This document shows, piece by piece, positions 1-12,425 of a stretch of DNA of 47,335 nt. This DNA comes from Octopus bimaculoides. Lineage: Eukaryota. The notes under the pieces were generated by a model, which searched no databases, had not been told where the DNA came from, and saw only the letters and a list, made by a program, of their open reading frames with translations. Position 1 is the first letter of the stretch, and each line of letters starts with the position of its first letter. Position numbers and translations under genes: made by a program. The stretch covers positions 7,965,808 through 8,013,142 of the forward strand of contig NC_068998.1 of the NCBI RefSeq assembly GCF_001194135.2, in the 5' to 3' direction.

Positions 1-41
<41 letters not shown>

Positions 42-49
42 TACATAAT

Positions 50-208
50 TACGACGGGCTTCTTTCAGTTTCCGTCTACCAAATCCACTACAAGTCTTTG
101 GTCGGCTCGAGTCTATAGTAGAAGACACATGCCCAAGATGCCACGCAGTGGGGCTGAACCCAGCACTATGTGTTTGGTAAGCTACTTATCACACAGCCAC
201 TCCTGCGT
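50..208 (-). mobile_element. tRNA-derived SINE, family B (CORE-like), 5' half
   Basis: The reverse complement reads CGCAGGAGTGGCTGTGTGATAAG (A box) ... GGGTTCAGCCCC (B box) ... CTTGGGCATGTG (CORE-like CCTTGGGCAAGT motif). It is near-identical to the copy at 9716-9882. Confidence 0.85.
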
Positions 209-737
209 ATACATCCATACTTATATATATGCATACTTATATATATGGAAGTTTGAAAGAGAGTGGGAGAGAAAGGGATAGGGAGAAAGGGAGAATCATG
301 GGAGACGAGATTTTCGCACAATACAAAAAAGCGATGGTAGTCATAGAAAGAAAGATTACTCTTATGCAAACCATAACAAAATATTATTGAAAATCATTGA
401 GTGCGTTTTATGTGTAAATTTCTTTGTTTATATTCTAAGTAAAGCGTGAATAAAATAGAAAAATGCTTCAGTCATAAGAAAATTTGTTAAATAAACAGCT
501 TCGATATAGCTATGAAGCACATGTAATACGAGACGAAAACCTGCAAAGGCTAAACTGGAATGAAATTTATATAAATATCCATTGGGTTTAAAGAATAGCA
601 TATAGGCAAATTGCTGACAAAATACAAATGAAAGCTTCGTAACAAATATATGTTTCAATGCTTTTGAGAGTGTAAAGATTTAATTCAGAATTGAATTCTA
701 TGGAAAGGTATTAGTCCTAATAATAATAATAATAAAC

Positions 738-887
738 GAAGAAGAAGAAGAAGAAGAAGAAGAAGAAGAAGAAGAAGAAGAAGAAGAAGAAGAAGAAGAA
801 GAAGAAGAAGAAGAAGAAGAAGAAGAAGAAGAAGAAGAAGAAGAAGAAGAAGAAGAAGAAGAAGAAGAAGAAGAAGAAGAAGAAGAA
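738..887 (+). repeat. (GAA)50 microsatellite
   Basis: Perfect GAA run of 150 nt, read directly. Confidence 0.97.
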
Positions 888-1100
888 AAGATTGATAAAT
901 ATATAGACCTGTGTATTGAGAAAGCTAAGATATAGCAGCTACGGGATTCAGACATAAAATTTGCTTTTATTGCTATCAGAGAATTGGGTTCAATACCACC
1001 CAACCTGAAAAAAACAACGTCTGGAAGCCTTAGAAATATCCTACAATTTAGGTGTATTGCAAAAATCGGCAATACTTGGAACTCGGCTTCTAGCGTGTTG
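888..1100 (+). mobile_element. R4/Dong-clade non-LTR retrotransposon, C-terminal restriction-like endonuclease fragment (decayed)
   Basis: Translates KIDKYIDLCIEKAKI*QLRDSDIKFAFIAIRELGSIPPNLKK, then after a frameshift RLEALEISYNLGVLQKSAILGT. This matches the RLE-domain pattern EK..KY.DL..E...W...V.P.VIGALG...LQKSA.LGT. Confidence 0.7.
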
Positions 1101-1329
1101 AAGCTGAAATTGTTTTATTAAGTCAAGACAAGATGATAAACATCTTTATTAAAACGTCCATATTTCTTTTTAATATCATTTTTTTTTCTTTCATATTTAT
1201 TTCGATAGTCATCTTCTCAAACCCGAGGCTCACACTGACATCTCTAGTCTTTATAATACTGTCGAGACTCTGAACCTAAAGACAATGTTAGGAGCAAATA
1301 GAAAATTTCTTATCACCTAATATGGTAAT

Positions 1330-1800
1330 TTCCCAATTTTCTTTCGTTTTGTCCCTTTGGCGTGTTTTCCTTCCTGTTACATTTAGCTATCTCTCTTCTT
1401 CTTCTTCTTCTTCTTCTTCTTCTTCTTCTTCTTCTTCTTCTTCTATTCAGTTTCTCCTGCCCCTTTTTCTTGACCTACTTCTACGACTCCCAATCCGGTT
1501 TCTTCCTTGTCTTCTCGTACTCCCCCTCCTCCTCATTCTTCTTCGTACTCCATCTCCTCCTTCTCCTACTTCTTCCGTTTCTCCTGATATTTCTTGTTCT
1601 TCTACCTCTCATTCTCTCATTCTTCTTTCTTCCTCGTTTATTCTTCCTCCCCCCACCATCTTCGTTTTGTTTTTGTTTTTGTCCTTAACCCTTTTTTTTT
1701 AGCTGTTCTCCTTTTTTCTTCTCTTCTCTTCTCCTCCTCCTCCTACCTTTTCTTCCCCTCCTCACCTTCCTCCAACTTCTCCTCCTTCTTTTCCTTGTCC
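1330..1800 (+). repeat. Polypyrimidine low-complexity tract with (TCT)n core (~1393-1444)
   Basis: Almost purely C/T on the + strand, with degenerate TTC/TCC units. Confidence 0.9.
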
Positions 1801-1934
1801 ATCTAAAGATCAGAATCCGGATGGCTAAGAGAAAGTGTATCAAGACATCATTTCTTCTGAGACTGCTTACTTTCTGTCTTCCTACTGAGTTGCAAACGCT
1901 ATGTCAGTTAACAACAACAACAACAACACCAATG

Positions 1935-1978
<44 letters not shown>

Positions 1979-2274
1979 TCACAACGAAACTTTTCAAACA
2001 CAAATTCCAGATCTTAAAGAGAGAAATATTAATAAACAGTGTCTGTCATTCTGTTTATTCATGACTTATTTTAGGACTTGTTCACAATTTGCCATAATAG
2101 ATTAAAACGCTCCAAGCATATTTTCCGTGTATTTTGGTCTTTTAATATAATTTCAGATTACTCGATGAAAAAAAAAAAAAAGATGTCTTCTCCTAAAATT
2201 AGATGAAATAGTTAGGCCATGGAGACATTTCTTTTTACAGGCACACAAATCTTGTCAGGCAAATATCATAAATG

Positions 2275-2351
2275 TTGTTGTTACTGACGTTGTTGCTCTT
2301 GTCATTATTATTATTGTTGTTGCTGTTGTTGTTCTAATTGTTGTTGTCGTG

Positions 2352-2408
<57 letters not shown>

Positions 2409-2709
2409 GTTCAGTAGTTTTATTTTTATAACATGCTTTCACTTCACTACCGAGCGCAGCTCTGTGTGCCTTGGGTATGTGCTGTGGTTTGCTGTGATGC
2501 TCTTATGGTTACTGTATTGAAAGTGTTTTGCGTAGAATGTGTGCAGTACCCAGTCGTGCAATTTTCTGTATGTTATATATATTTGTAAGTCCTGGTGTTT
2601 TTGTTATGTATTTATTATTATTATTATTATTATTTTGTTGTTGTTGTTGTTTTTGTTGTTATTGTTATTAGCATTATTATTATTGTTATTATTATTATTA
2701 TTATTATTA
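2275..2709. repeat. Compound (TTG)n/(TTA)n microsatellite region
   Basis: TTA runs at ~2355-2408 and 2611-2709, interleaved with TTG units. Confidence 0.9.
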
Positions 2710-2711
2710 CA

Positions 2712-2848
2712 GCGACAAGCATGCTGGACAATGTGCTTAACAGTATTTCGTCCGTCGCTCCAAACTAGGTTCAAATGCCACGGAGGCATCGATAAATTAA
2801 GTACTGGGGTTGATCTAATCGACTAACCCCCCTCACCTAAATTTCATG
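2712..2848 (+). mobile_element. tRNA-derived SINE, family A, internally deleted
   Basis: Contains GTGCTTAACAGTATTTCGTCCG, GGTTCAAATGCC (B box) and ATCGATAAATTAAGTACTGGGGTTGATCTAATCGAC, all shared with the copies at 15594 and 43811. Confidence 0.7.
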
Positions 2849-2856
2849 AGTATTGT

Positions 2857-2911
<55 letters not shown>
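2857..2911. repeat. (TAC)18 microsatellite
   Basis: Read directly; it abuts the LINE fragment at 2912. Confidence 0.95.
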
Positions 2912-2912
<1 letters not shown>

Positions 2913-2995
2913 TGCCATTCGGTTTCACCATTTTGTCCACAAATTCTGCACTTATCACTTTCTGTTGTGTTGTCTATTCTGTATACACATATGTA
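2912..2995 (-). mobile_element. R4/Dong-clade LINE fragment, CCHC zinc-knuckle region
   Basis: The minus strand reads YRIDNTTESDKCRICGQNGETEWH, the C-R-x-C...ET..H motif preceding the RLE domain. It is homologous to YHIDKALT..CRMCSEKGESIGHIVS at ~11750-11829. Confidence 0.65.
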
Positions 2996-3439
2996 CTTGC
3001 ATACGAAATGACTTGACCTGAGATCGTGTGCTGAAACAAAGACAATTGCAGCGTGGAAGAGGTTTGTAATCAATTTCAGAACACAAAAACAAAAACCGGT
3101 ATTTTTTCTTCAACATTTAAATTCGATTTGTGACAAAATATTTTCGTCGCTTTGAAACCGCGACCTTTTCGCTGACATAAGTTCGTGCNNNNNNNNNNNN
3201 NNNNNNNNNNNNNNNNNNNNNNNNNNNNNNNNNNNNNNNNNNNNNNNNNNNNNNNNNNNNNNNNNNNNNNNNNNNNNNNNNNNNNNNNNNNNNNNNNNNN
3301 NNNNNNNNNNNNNNNNNNNNNNNNNNNNNNNNNNNNNNNNNNNNNNNNNNNNNNNNNNNNNNNNNNNNNNNNNNNNCAACATTTTTACAAATTTAGAAGC
3401 TGCTATTTAAATTAATTATATACAATATAGAATTATATC

Positions 3440-3498
<59 letters not shown>

Positions 3499-3963
3499 TG
3501 TGTGTGTGTTTTTGTGCGTGTGTGTGTGTGTGTGTAGCTATATATGTATATCAAACGCCTCTGAGTTGTTGGTATTCTTTTGGGTACCACCATATGTAGA
3601 AATGCATCTGCTGTATGACAATGTCAAAAGCTATTATTCTCTTTTAACATGCTCCTAGCTCAGCAGGCTTCGTTTGAAACAGTTCAAATATCTTGTTTGT
3701 TTGTAAAAATTTATGATGTTAACTCGAAATATACATTTTACAGAAACTCTTTTCTAGTTTTTTATGTCTTATTTATTTATTTTGCTTTGTCAGCAGACAC
3801 ACATTACTGTAACGATATCTAATGCTTTACTTTCGTGTTGTTTTCTTTATCTATTGTTTCCAAAACATTTGAAAGCATAGTTAAGGATGGGAATCATTTA
3901 CTTTATTGATGCCATACATCAGAATGGGTACAATTTTTCTAAACTCTCCTGCTCTTTCAGAAC

Positions 3964-4390
3964 ATGCAAACCGTTTGCTCAATAATTTCTAGTGCCCTAT
4001 CAAAAGATGGCGTCTATAGTTTGAATTATCGAGAATGTTTAAAAATTGTACAAAAATTTGTTCAACAAGATTTCTTTTTTATCAAGGAAGATAAAATCCA
4101 GTTCTATAAAACAATCGTAATCTTAAAATATCTAAGTCTGTTTGAGCTGGAATGACACATCTAAAATACCACAGAGGCTGAAGGTATTTCAACAACTTTG
4201 TCAGCGGGAAATCCTTAAGAACCCATAAATTGACACAATCAGTAACGAAGAATTCCGGTAGCGATACTCAACGATACATAAACAAACATCGTGAAGGAAA
4301 AGCCACTTCAGAAGATTTCAGAGTGCTTGCAGCTCCCATATGGGAATTGAAAAAGTGGTAGGCCGCACATGACTAGATGAAGCACATTCG
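3964..4390 (+). mobile_element. Decayed RTE-type LINE, post-RT C-terminal region
   Basis: Pieces read SALSKDG...KIQFYKTIVILKYL, then KVFQQLCQREILK, DTISNEEFR and a remnant W..H.TR. These correspond in order to the RTE motifs S.DG, KI..YK.VV..LLY, VFH.RCLRRIL, D.ISNEEL and W.GH..RM, with stops and frameshifts. Confidence 0.6.
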
Positions 4391-6360
4391 TTGAATATCT
4401 GTAGGGAATAATCTGATGTTAAGAAGAAACTACAATAATTATTACCAATATATATCGATGGAGATATTCATCGCCTCATGGGCTAAACAGAATTTAGGGA
4501 TAGTTGAAATCTGTAGACTTAATAATCTTTGTCTTAAGTAATTACAATTTGAGAGCTGCGAGAAATGAATGGGTAGGAGGATATAGTGGAAAACTGAGGT
4601 TCTGAGAAATAAATGCCGAGGTAGGTTGGAGGATGGGCCAATATAAACAGGATCAAAATGGAAGAGAGGAGGAGAGAACTGAAACTAGGGTAAGGCTATA
4701 TGTGAAATACGTAATGTGCAGAATATAACAAAATTGAGATGGTCACGATTGGAACACTTTTGATCAAAGAACTAGACGAACCAGAGCTGGAATTAAACGG
4801 CAGCAAAAATATCAAGTTCAAAAGAGAAATTTTTGTTAATTGCTGCTATTCTTAGAAAGACGTAAGAAAGCGCAGTGAATCATCTACCATAAATGTGCAC
4901 CTCATTTAATCCTAAACTATAAATCATTAAGTCTAAATAGCAATAACTGGAAAAGCTGAATGACTTGCTTAATTTCATTGACTATATTCCGCATTAAAGG
5001 TTTGATCAAACTGATCAAAACCATCCAACAATAAAAATGATAACAACAACAACAGTAGCAACAATAGTAGGATCAATATCTACTTACAAACAACAAAAAT
5101 AAAACAACATAAGATTATTGAAAATCTTTTGTCACAATCAGTTTTAAAACCATACACTAAATTTTCCTTTGCGATATTACACAAAGCCCATAACTTGCTC
5201 TAGTATTTAAGGCAATTCACCTTAGATATTTTACACAAGATTGAATACACCCTCTATAAAATTATCCAAAAGAAGCTTATACACTTTGGTTTCATTCAGC
5301 CACAACCAAGAGCCATTCATTCCACTCAAGTATCTGTGAAAAATGTCAGCTATTAATTCTGTTTGATTAAATATTTGTTAATTCATTTGAGACAACTCTT
5401 GTGAAATGTATTTAAACTGAATGATTATATTACAGTTCTATGAGTCTATGACTGCTCAATAAGCAAACCTAATCAACTATGTATGCATGCATGTATATAT
5501 ATATATATATATATNNNNNNNNNNNNNNNNNNNNNNNNNNNNNNNNNNNNNNNNNNNNNNNNNNNNNNNNNNNNNNNNNNNNNNNNNNNNNNNNNNNNNN
5601 NNNNNNNNNNNNNNNNNNNNNNNNNNNNNNNNNNNNNNNNNNNNNNNNNNNNNNNNNNNNNNNNNNNNNNNNNNNNNNNNNNNNNNNNNNNNNNNNNNNN
5701 NNNNNNNNNNNNNNNNNNNNNNNNNNNNNNNNNNNNNNNNNNNNNNNNNNNNNNNNNNNNNNNNNNNNNNNNNNNNNNNNNNNNNNNNNNNNNNNNNNNN
5801 NNNNNNNNNNNNNNNNNNNNNNNNNNNNNNNNNNNNNNNNNNNNNNNNNNNNNNNNNNNNNNNNNNNNNNNNNNNNNNNNNNNNNNNNNNNNNNNNNNNN
5901 NNNNNNNNNNNNNNNNNNNNNNNNNNNNNNNNNNNNNNNNNNNNNNNNNNNNNNNNNNNNNNNNNNNNNNNNNNNNNNNNNNNNNNNNNNNNNNNNNNNN
6001 NNNNNNNNNNNNNNNNNNNNNNNNNNNNNNNNNNNNNNNNNNNNNNNNNNNNNNNNNNNNNNNNNNNNNNNNNNNNNNNNNNNNNNNNNNNNNNNNNNNN
6101 NNNNNNNNNNNNNNNNNNNNNNNNNNNNNNNNNNNNNNNNNNNNNNNNNNNNNNNNNNNNNNNNNNNNNNNNNNNNNNNNNNNNNNNNNNNNNNNNNNNN
6201 NNNNNNNNNNNNNNNNNNNNNNNNNNNNNNNNNNNNNNNNNNNNNNNNNNNNNNNNNNNNNNNNNNNNNNNNNNNNNNNNNNNNNNNNNNNNNNNNNNNN
6301 NNNNNNNNNNNNNNNNNNNNNNNNNNNNNNNNNNNNNNNNNNNNNNNNNNNNNNNNNNNN

Positions 6361-6393
<33 letters not shown>

Positions 6394-7259
6394 GTATATA
6401 TATATATGTATATGTATCCATATATGTATTTACGTATTTACACTCATAAGCAAATACATATGTTTATATACTTACACATGCCCACAAATATACGTTTGTG
6501 TGTGTGGGGATGTTATGTGTGTTTGTCTATGCGTATGTAAGTCCACTGTATCTACTGACAGGCATGGTTTAAGTCTAGAGTTTAGCCATAATAGCTGCTG
6601 CGCCATATTTCATTAATACTATTAGTCACTTTATCTTTCAGTTATTGCATAAATGTCAAAAGTTTATTGCTGACATATATACAGTAGTTATGTAGTATTT
6701 CTCTGCATTCATCTCTCTCTCTCTCTTTCTCTCAATCTTTCTTTATTTCTTCTGTTAACGATGTCCACATCTCCACTTTCATGCTATTAATATTTATTGA
6801 GTTCACAGCATAAAATATTTATTGTCAAACTCTGGTCATAAATGTAAGTCTTCTGAGAAAGGATCAAATGAAAATCGTTGTTGTCCTACCGAAGCATAGT
6901 AAGGCTGGCATTTTTCCTTACATTATCTTTTCTTAAAACCCGAAGGGGAGGTGAATGATTGTGTCACTGGATATAATTGTAGTCTATCTCAGAAAATGTA
7001 CAATGGAAGCATTTCCCTGTAGTTTGATCAATCTATTGTAGTGTAACCCCAAGTTAAACATTATCGGGTAGACTTATGTACAAAAGCTTTCATATCATCC
7101 TTCATACTACGTTCTTTTTCTAGAGGTATTTGTCATTATTTTATAAATACGATGCTTTCAGTTTAGGACGGTTGCGTTTGATTTGGATACTTACTTCCTA
7201 TTTTAGAGTGAACACAAACGCTATCCGAATCGTTAGTACATCGCTAAAATTTTTACCAG

Positions 7260-7442
7260 CTCCTTACATCCTTGGCTTTTACAGATTCTAGGGCTGTATT
7301 AAACACTCCTAAGTACTGGGATTTTGATGAAACGAACTCGTTCTCTCAATTCAAATCTGCTACTCATGAAATTCGCGAAGAACTGGCGTTTCATTCAGTG
7401 AAATGTTTGTCATCCAGGTCACTCACACTTCGTGAAAACACG
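7260..7442 (+). CDS. Candidate internal exon, LLTSLAFTDSRAVLNTPKYWDFDETNSFSQFKSATHEIREELAFHSVKCLSSRSLTLRENT
   Basis: Acceptor TTTTTACCAG and donor ACG/GTAAGC. 183 nt; only one frame is open, for 61 codons. Confidence 0.55.
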
Positions 7443-7863
7443 GTAAGCAGTTAGATCGACTATGATCAAATTGATTCCAATGATGACATTTCGTTTTTTT
7501 TTTTTATTTTGCTTTCCATTAAAACAGAGCGTATCTAAATATGCATTTGTTAATTTATCTTCTCCTTCTTTTGAAACAAGATGGCGATTTTGCATCTCTG
7601 CTACTTCTAAAGAAATCTAGCGACGAAGTGAAGGTGCTGCAAATGGCTATATATATATAGATGTAGCGTTAATATAAGTTATTAACTGCACAGATTCAAC
7701 CAGCATGTTCCCTTACAGCTGTTTCGATCTTTCCCCAAGAAGTAAATTCCAATAATTTAAACATCTTATTGGGCAAAATCTGAGCAGTGGATTAAAAAAG
7801 ATATATAGATATATCGTTAGGTTAATAAATGGTATTCTTCCAAAATACCTCAACAAACTCTGT

Positions 7864-7918
<55 letters not shown>

Positions 7919-8519
7919 AGAAGTTCGGTTTTTAATCACCTGTAAGTTATAAATGCCGAAGAATTTCGTCTATGGCAATAATAAATGCGGATAATACTAT
8001 GAGGTCTTTCAGTAACTCATAAATTATTCAGACACCTTAGAAAGTAAAATGTTATGCATATAAATACATAGACATAAAAACACCGACACACACACACATA
8101 TACATATATGTATGTGTGTATAGATACATAGATATGTACATGAGGAGACATACGGATGTATGAATGTTTGCGCGCATCCATATACATATACTGGATTAGA
8201 TATCATGTTTCATTTTATTTTATTTTATTTCTTATCTGTTTTATTGTTATTTTTTGCTGGTGCAAAATTTCTGGAAATCTGTCAAAACCGTTCTCGCTAA
8301 TTCTTTCTGATTTATTATGAATCAACCACGATTGGTAAGCGATAGTATATAGGTTCCCAGCTATCATATGTTACGAGAGAACTAAATTTAGCCACCAGCG
8401 GTGTTGATGGAGGGAGTGGAAGTGAAAGAGAAGACAATGAAAACTACATCTATCTATCTATCTTTCTATCTATCTATCTATCTCTCTATCTATCTATCCG
8501 TCTACATTTAAGCAGTATG

Positions 8520-8675
8520 TAGGCGTAGGCGTCGCTGTGGAGTAACAAGTGTGTTTTCCAGCAACATAGTTCCGTGTTCAGTCTCACTGTGTGACGCCGT
8601 GGCTACTATAGCCTCTGGTTGACCAATGACCTGTAGGTGTATTTAGTAAACGGAAATTGAACGAAGCCCTTCGTA
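8520..8675 (+). mobile_element. SINE family B, diverged
   Basis: TAGGCGTAGGCGTCGCTGTGGAGTAA...GTTCAGTCTC...ACTATAGCC...ACGGAAATTGAACGAAGCCC aligns to the reverse complement of 9716-9882. Confidence 0.7.
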
Positions 8676-9550
8676 TATATGTATATATATATGTGTATGT
8701 GGTGTGTGTGTCCNNNNNNNNNNNNNNNNNNNNNNNNNNNNNNNNNNNNNNNNNNNNNNNNNNNNNNNNNNNNNNNNNNNNNNNNNNNNNNNNNNNNNNN
8801 NNNNNNNNNNNNNNNNNNNNNNNNNNNNNNNNNNNNNNNNNNNNNNNNNNNNNNNNNNNNNNNNNNNNNNNNNNNNNNNNNNNNNNNNNNNNNNNNNNNN
8901 NNNNNNNNNNNNNNNNNNNNNNNNNNNNNNNNNNNNNNNNNNNNNNNNNNNNNNNNNNNNNNNNNNNNNNNNNNNATATATATATATATATATATATATA
9001 TAAGTAGGTATATACATATGTATCTATTTGTGTATACAGTCACTCACCTTCTATTTAGCATGCGACTGATTTAGTATCGGATTTTCTAATTGGTCTTACA
9101 GTGTTCATTTTAATTAGTTTTTCTGACAACGCAGATGTTCCACTGATAATTGAACAGACATTACTTTAAATCTTTCCTCTCAGGTGTTTAAATGTTTTAT
9201 TATTTTAATTCATATCTGACTCACTTATATTAGTCTCCTATATTCTTTATGGCTACGTACGAATAGAAATTTCTTGCAAATCCATTATAATTATAATTAA
9301 ATATTATATTTTAGCAGCAAAAAAATATTCTCAAAATGTTACAAAAAAAATAACAATGAAAGTAATAACTCATGTATTTTAATTAATAATTATAACTTTG
9401 AAGGAGGATAATGTAGAGTCTAAAATGTGAAATATGGCTATTTATTTTCATTATAAAGTATTTTAAGTCATCGCGATAGTAGAATTGTCAGCGAATCGGA
9501 GAAGATGCTTTGCAGCATCTCTTCTGATTTATTCTTTTATTTTTTTTATT

Positions 9551-9882
9551 CTTTTACTTGTTTTAGTCATTTTACTGTGGCCATGCCGAGCAGCGCCGTT
9601 AGTCGAACTCTATTCTATCGATCTCTTTTGCCGAACATCTTACGCGGGCGTAAACACACCAGCATCAGTTGCAAGCGATGCTGGTGGGACAAACACACAT
9701 ATATATAGATATATATACGACGTGCTTCTTTCAGTTTCCGTCTTCCAAATCCACTCATAAGGCTTTGGTCGGCCCGAGGCTATAGTAGAAGACACTTGCC
9801 CAAGGTGCCATGCATTCGGACCGAACCCGGAACAATGTGGTTGGTAAGCAAGCTACTTACCACACAGCCACTCCTGCGCCTA
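9551..9882 (-). mobile_element. SINE family B, near full length (tRNA head, CORE-like segment, internal (TA)n, 3' tail)
   Basis: The minus strand reads TAGGCGCAGGAGTGGCTGTGTGGTAAGTAG...GGGTTCGGTCC...GGCACCTTGGGCAAGTG...GAAAGAAGCACGTCG, then (TA)n, then ...GCATGGCCACAGTAAAATGACTAAAACAAGTAAAAG. Confidence 0.85.
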
Positions 9883-11154
9883 TAAGGTACTCCTGCGGCT
9901 ACAGCCACACCTGTTCATCTTCTGGGATCAAATTCCAACGACGTCGACTTGTCTTTCTATCGTTTTGGAACAATCAAATAGGCATCAATAGAACAACCAG
10001 CATAGATGTAATTCCCTTAAAACCGCTAGCCTTTTGCCCAAATTTTAAACCATTATAGAGTATTTTTGTAGTTGAATATTGTATATTAGCTACATATAGC
10101 CGAGGAATTAAATATTGAATGCGAGAGTAAAAATAGGAAATAACTCTAAAACCAGTAGAATAGGCAAAATGAAATGTCAGAATAAAATGTTTGATGGGAA
10201 ATAATCGAAAAATACCCTGAACATGTGTAAAGATATGTTTGTAGTTTTTATGAGTATTTGAACAAAATTAGGTAAGCATCCATTTAATAAAGCTATTTAT
10301 TTTGAGCATATGTGTAGATGATATACAGCAATACAGCAGGATGACTAATAGTTCTGCATCTCAGATTCACTTCAAGTACTTCAGGAGACACCTCCACTGC
10401 GTTTAAGAATAGGACCAGAAAACAGGTTTGCAAATTTTCTTTAGTCTGCATTTAATTGTGGAAAGCTGGCTCCAGGTCTGTGTAAAATATGTTGCCAAGG
10501 ATTTGATCTATCTGGAAAATGTTTCATATCGAGTGTTCCTGTTGGACAAAAACGCTAGCAAATGACAGTTTACGTTATACGAATTTACACTCGAAGCTAA
10601 TNNNNNNNNNNNNNNNNNNNNNNNNNNNNNNNNNNNNNNNNNNNNNNNNNNNNNNNNNNNNNNNNNNNNNNNNNNNNNNNNNNNNNNNNNNNNNNNNNNN
10701 NNNNNNNNNNNNNNNNNNNNNNNNNNNNNNNNNNNNNNNNNNNNNNNNNNNNNNNNNNNNNNNNNNNNNNNNNNNNNNNNNNNNNNNNNNNNNNNNNNNN
10801 NNNNNNNNNNNNNNNNNNNNNNNNNNNNNNNNNNNNNNNNNNNNNNNNNNNNNNNNNNNNNNNNNNNNNNNNNNNNNNNNNNNNNNNNNNNNNNNNNNNN
10901 NNNNNNNNNNNNNNNNNNNNNNNNNNNNNNNNNNNNNNNNNNNNNNNNNNNNNNNNNNNNNNNNNNNNNNNNNNNNNNNNNNNNNNNNTTGTGAGAGAAG
11001 GAAATACAATTTTGTCTAGAAAGAATACAGAAAATGCTTTTCTTTTTGTTCTTTTTTGTGTCTGATTCCAAACGGCATGAGGTTACGTGTGAACATATTT
11101 GGTAATGTTTCGATTTAGTAATGCACTTTTAAATACGGCCTGATTTTTCACTAA

Positions 11155-11158
<4 letters not shown>

Positions 11159-11227
<69 letters not shown>
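11159..11227 (+). repeat. (TAA)~23 microsatellite
   Basis: Read directly; it lies immediately 5' of the R4-type fragment. Confidence 0.95.
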
Positions 11228-11829
11228 GCCAAAGGTAGACGTCAATATAACCTGAAGGAACCATGGTGGAAAAGGAGAATAACGCAGTCTATTAACGAGA
11301 CCAGAAAACATTATTAATATTCTGGAACGGAAAAAATAAAAGAAATGAAATTGAGCGAGAGAAATATAAAGCGAACAAAGGAAGTATAGGGTGAAAAGAA
11401 ATGGATCCAATGTTGTGATTGAGAAATTAAAACAGAGGTTGAAAGTTAAAGCTCATAAATTAAAGAGATATGAACAGAGAATTGAGCAGTATAGATTAAA
11501 CAAGCTGTTTGGTATGCCAAGGTGAGTAAAGAAGAAATGATTGAAGCAGCGAAAATGCAGGGAACCTTAAAAGAGAACGAAGCCATAGATCCATCATAAT
11601 ATAAGAAAGACCAGAGAGAGCAGATGAATAAAGATGAGATTCATTGGAATAGATCCTGACAATGGCTGCAGAAAGGAGACTTAAAAGGCTCCACTGAGGC
11701 ATTAGTGTGCAGCATTCATGAACAAGCTCTCAGAACAAACTACTCCAAATATCACATTGATAAAGCACTGACTCGCCATAGTGTAGGATGTGCTCCGAGA
11801 AGGGAGAAAGCATAGGACATATTGTTAGT
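11228..11829 (+). mobile_element. R4/Dong-clade non-LTR retrotransposon remnant with the RT core deleted
   Basis: Pre-RT motifs KEPWWKRRI and VIEKLKQRLKVKAHKLKRYEQRIEQYRLNKLF are joined at ~11515 to the post-RT motifs WLQKGDLKGSTEALVCSIHEQALRTNYSKYHID and CRMCSEKGESIGHIVS. There are several stops and frameshifts. Confidence 0.85.
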
Positions 11830-11842
11830 TATGAGTTGTTAG

Positions 11843-11995
11843 TTCTGAGCTCAAATTCTGCTAAGGTCGACTTTACCGTTCATCCTATCGGGGACGATCA
11901 AATAATTACTACTAAAAGACTTGAGTCGATATCATTGACTAGTCTCCTCCCACAAAGTTTCACGCCTTGTGCCTATAGCAAAAATGCTTATTATT
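11843..11995 (+). mobile_element. SINE family A, 5'-truncated
   Basis: Contains TTCTGAGCTCAAATTCTGCTAAGGTCGACTTT...CATCCTATCGGGG...CCTTGTGCCTATAG. Confidence 0.75.
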
Positions 11996-12387
11996 AATAT
12001 TATTTCAGTGGTTGCGGTGGGAGTGATTAAGAAAGATCGACTCTCCCTCCAGCATGTCATCTGCATTTTTACTCGAATGAAATTTGCCTCACTTCCGTCC
12101 AATATGAAAATTTCTTATTTGTAATTAACTAAGATCAGTCGGTTCATTCATCTACACCATTTATTATATTCAGTTTGGCCTACTTAAAGGAAATATTTAT
12201 AGAGAGTTTTGTGAGGAAAAATAGTTCTTTATATTAACTTGTCCCACATTTCTCACAATAACAGCTGCTATATCTCTTTGAATGATTTTTTCTAAATATA
12301 CTCATGTCTACATCAGGATAGAATGGCCTATTGCAGAGTGAAAATAGAATTCTCTTTAAATGGAAATACTACACACACACACGCACA

Positions 12388-12425
<38 letters not shown>

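Noticed and set aside
698-2826. ORF-track entries with poly-S/L/I/N runs
   Set aside because: They are stop-free readings of GAA, TCT, TTA and TTG microsatellites, not proteins.
4540-4860. Possible CR1/L2 LINE tail (EERRRELKL.., RTRR..KRNF)
   Set aside because: The similarity is too faint and needs several frameshifts; it cannot be supported without a profile search.
10365-10425. Candidate exon (..ETPPLRLRIGPENR)
   Set aside because: The donor is weak, and no acceptor/donor combination fits the phases of both neighbouring exons.
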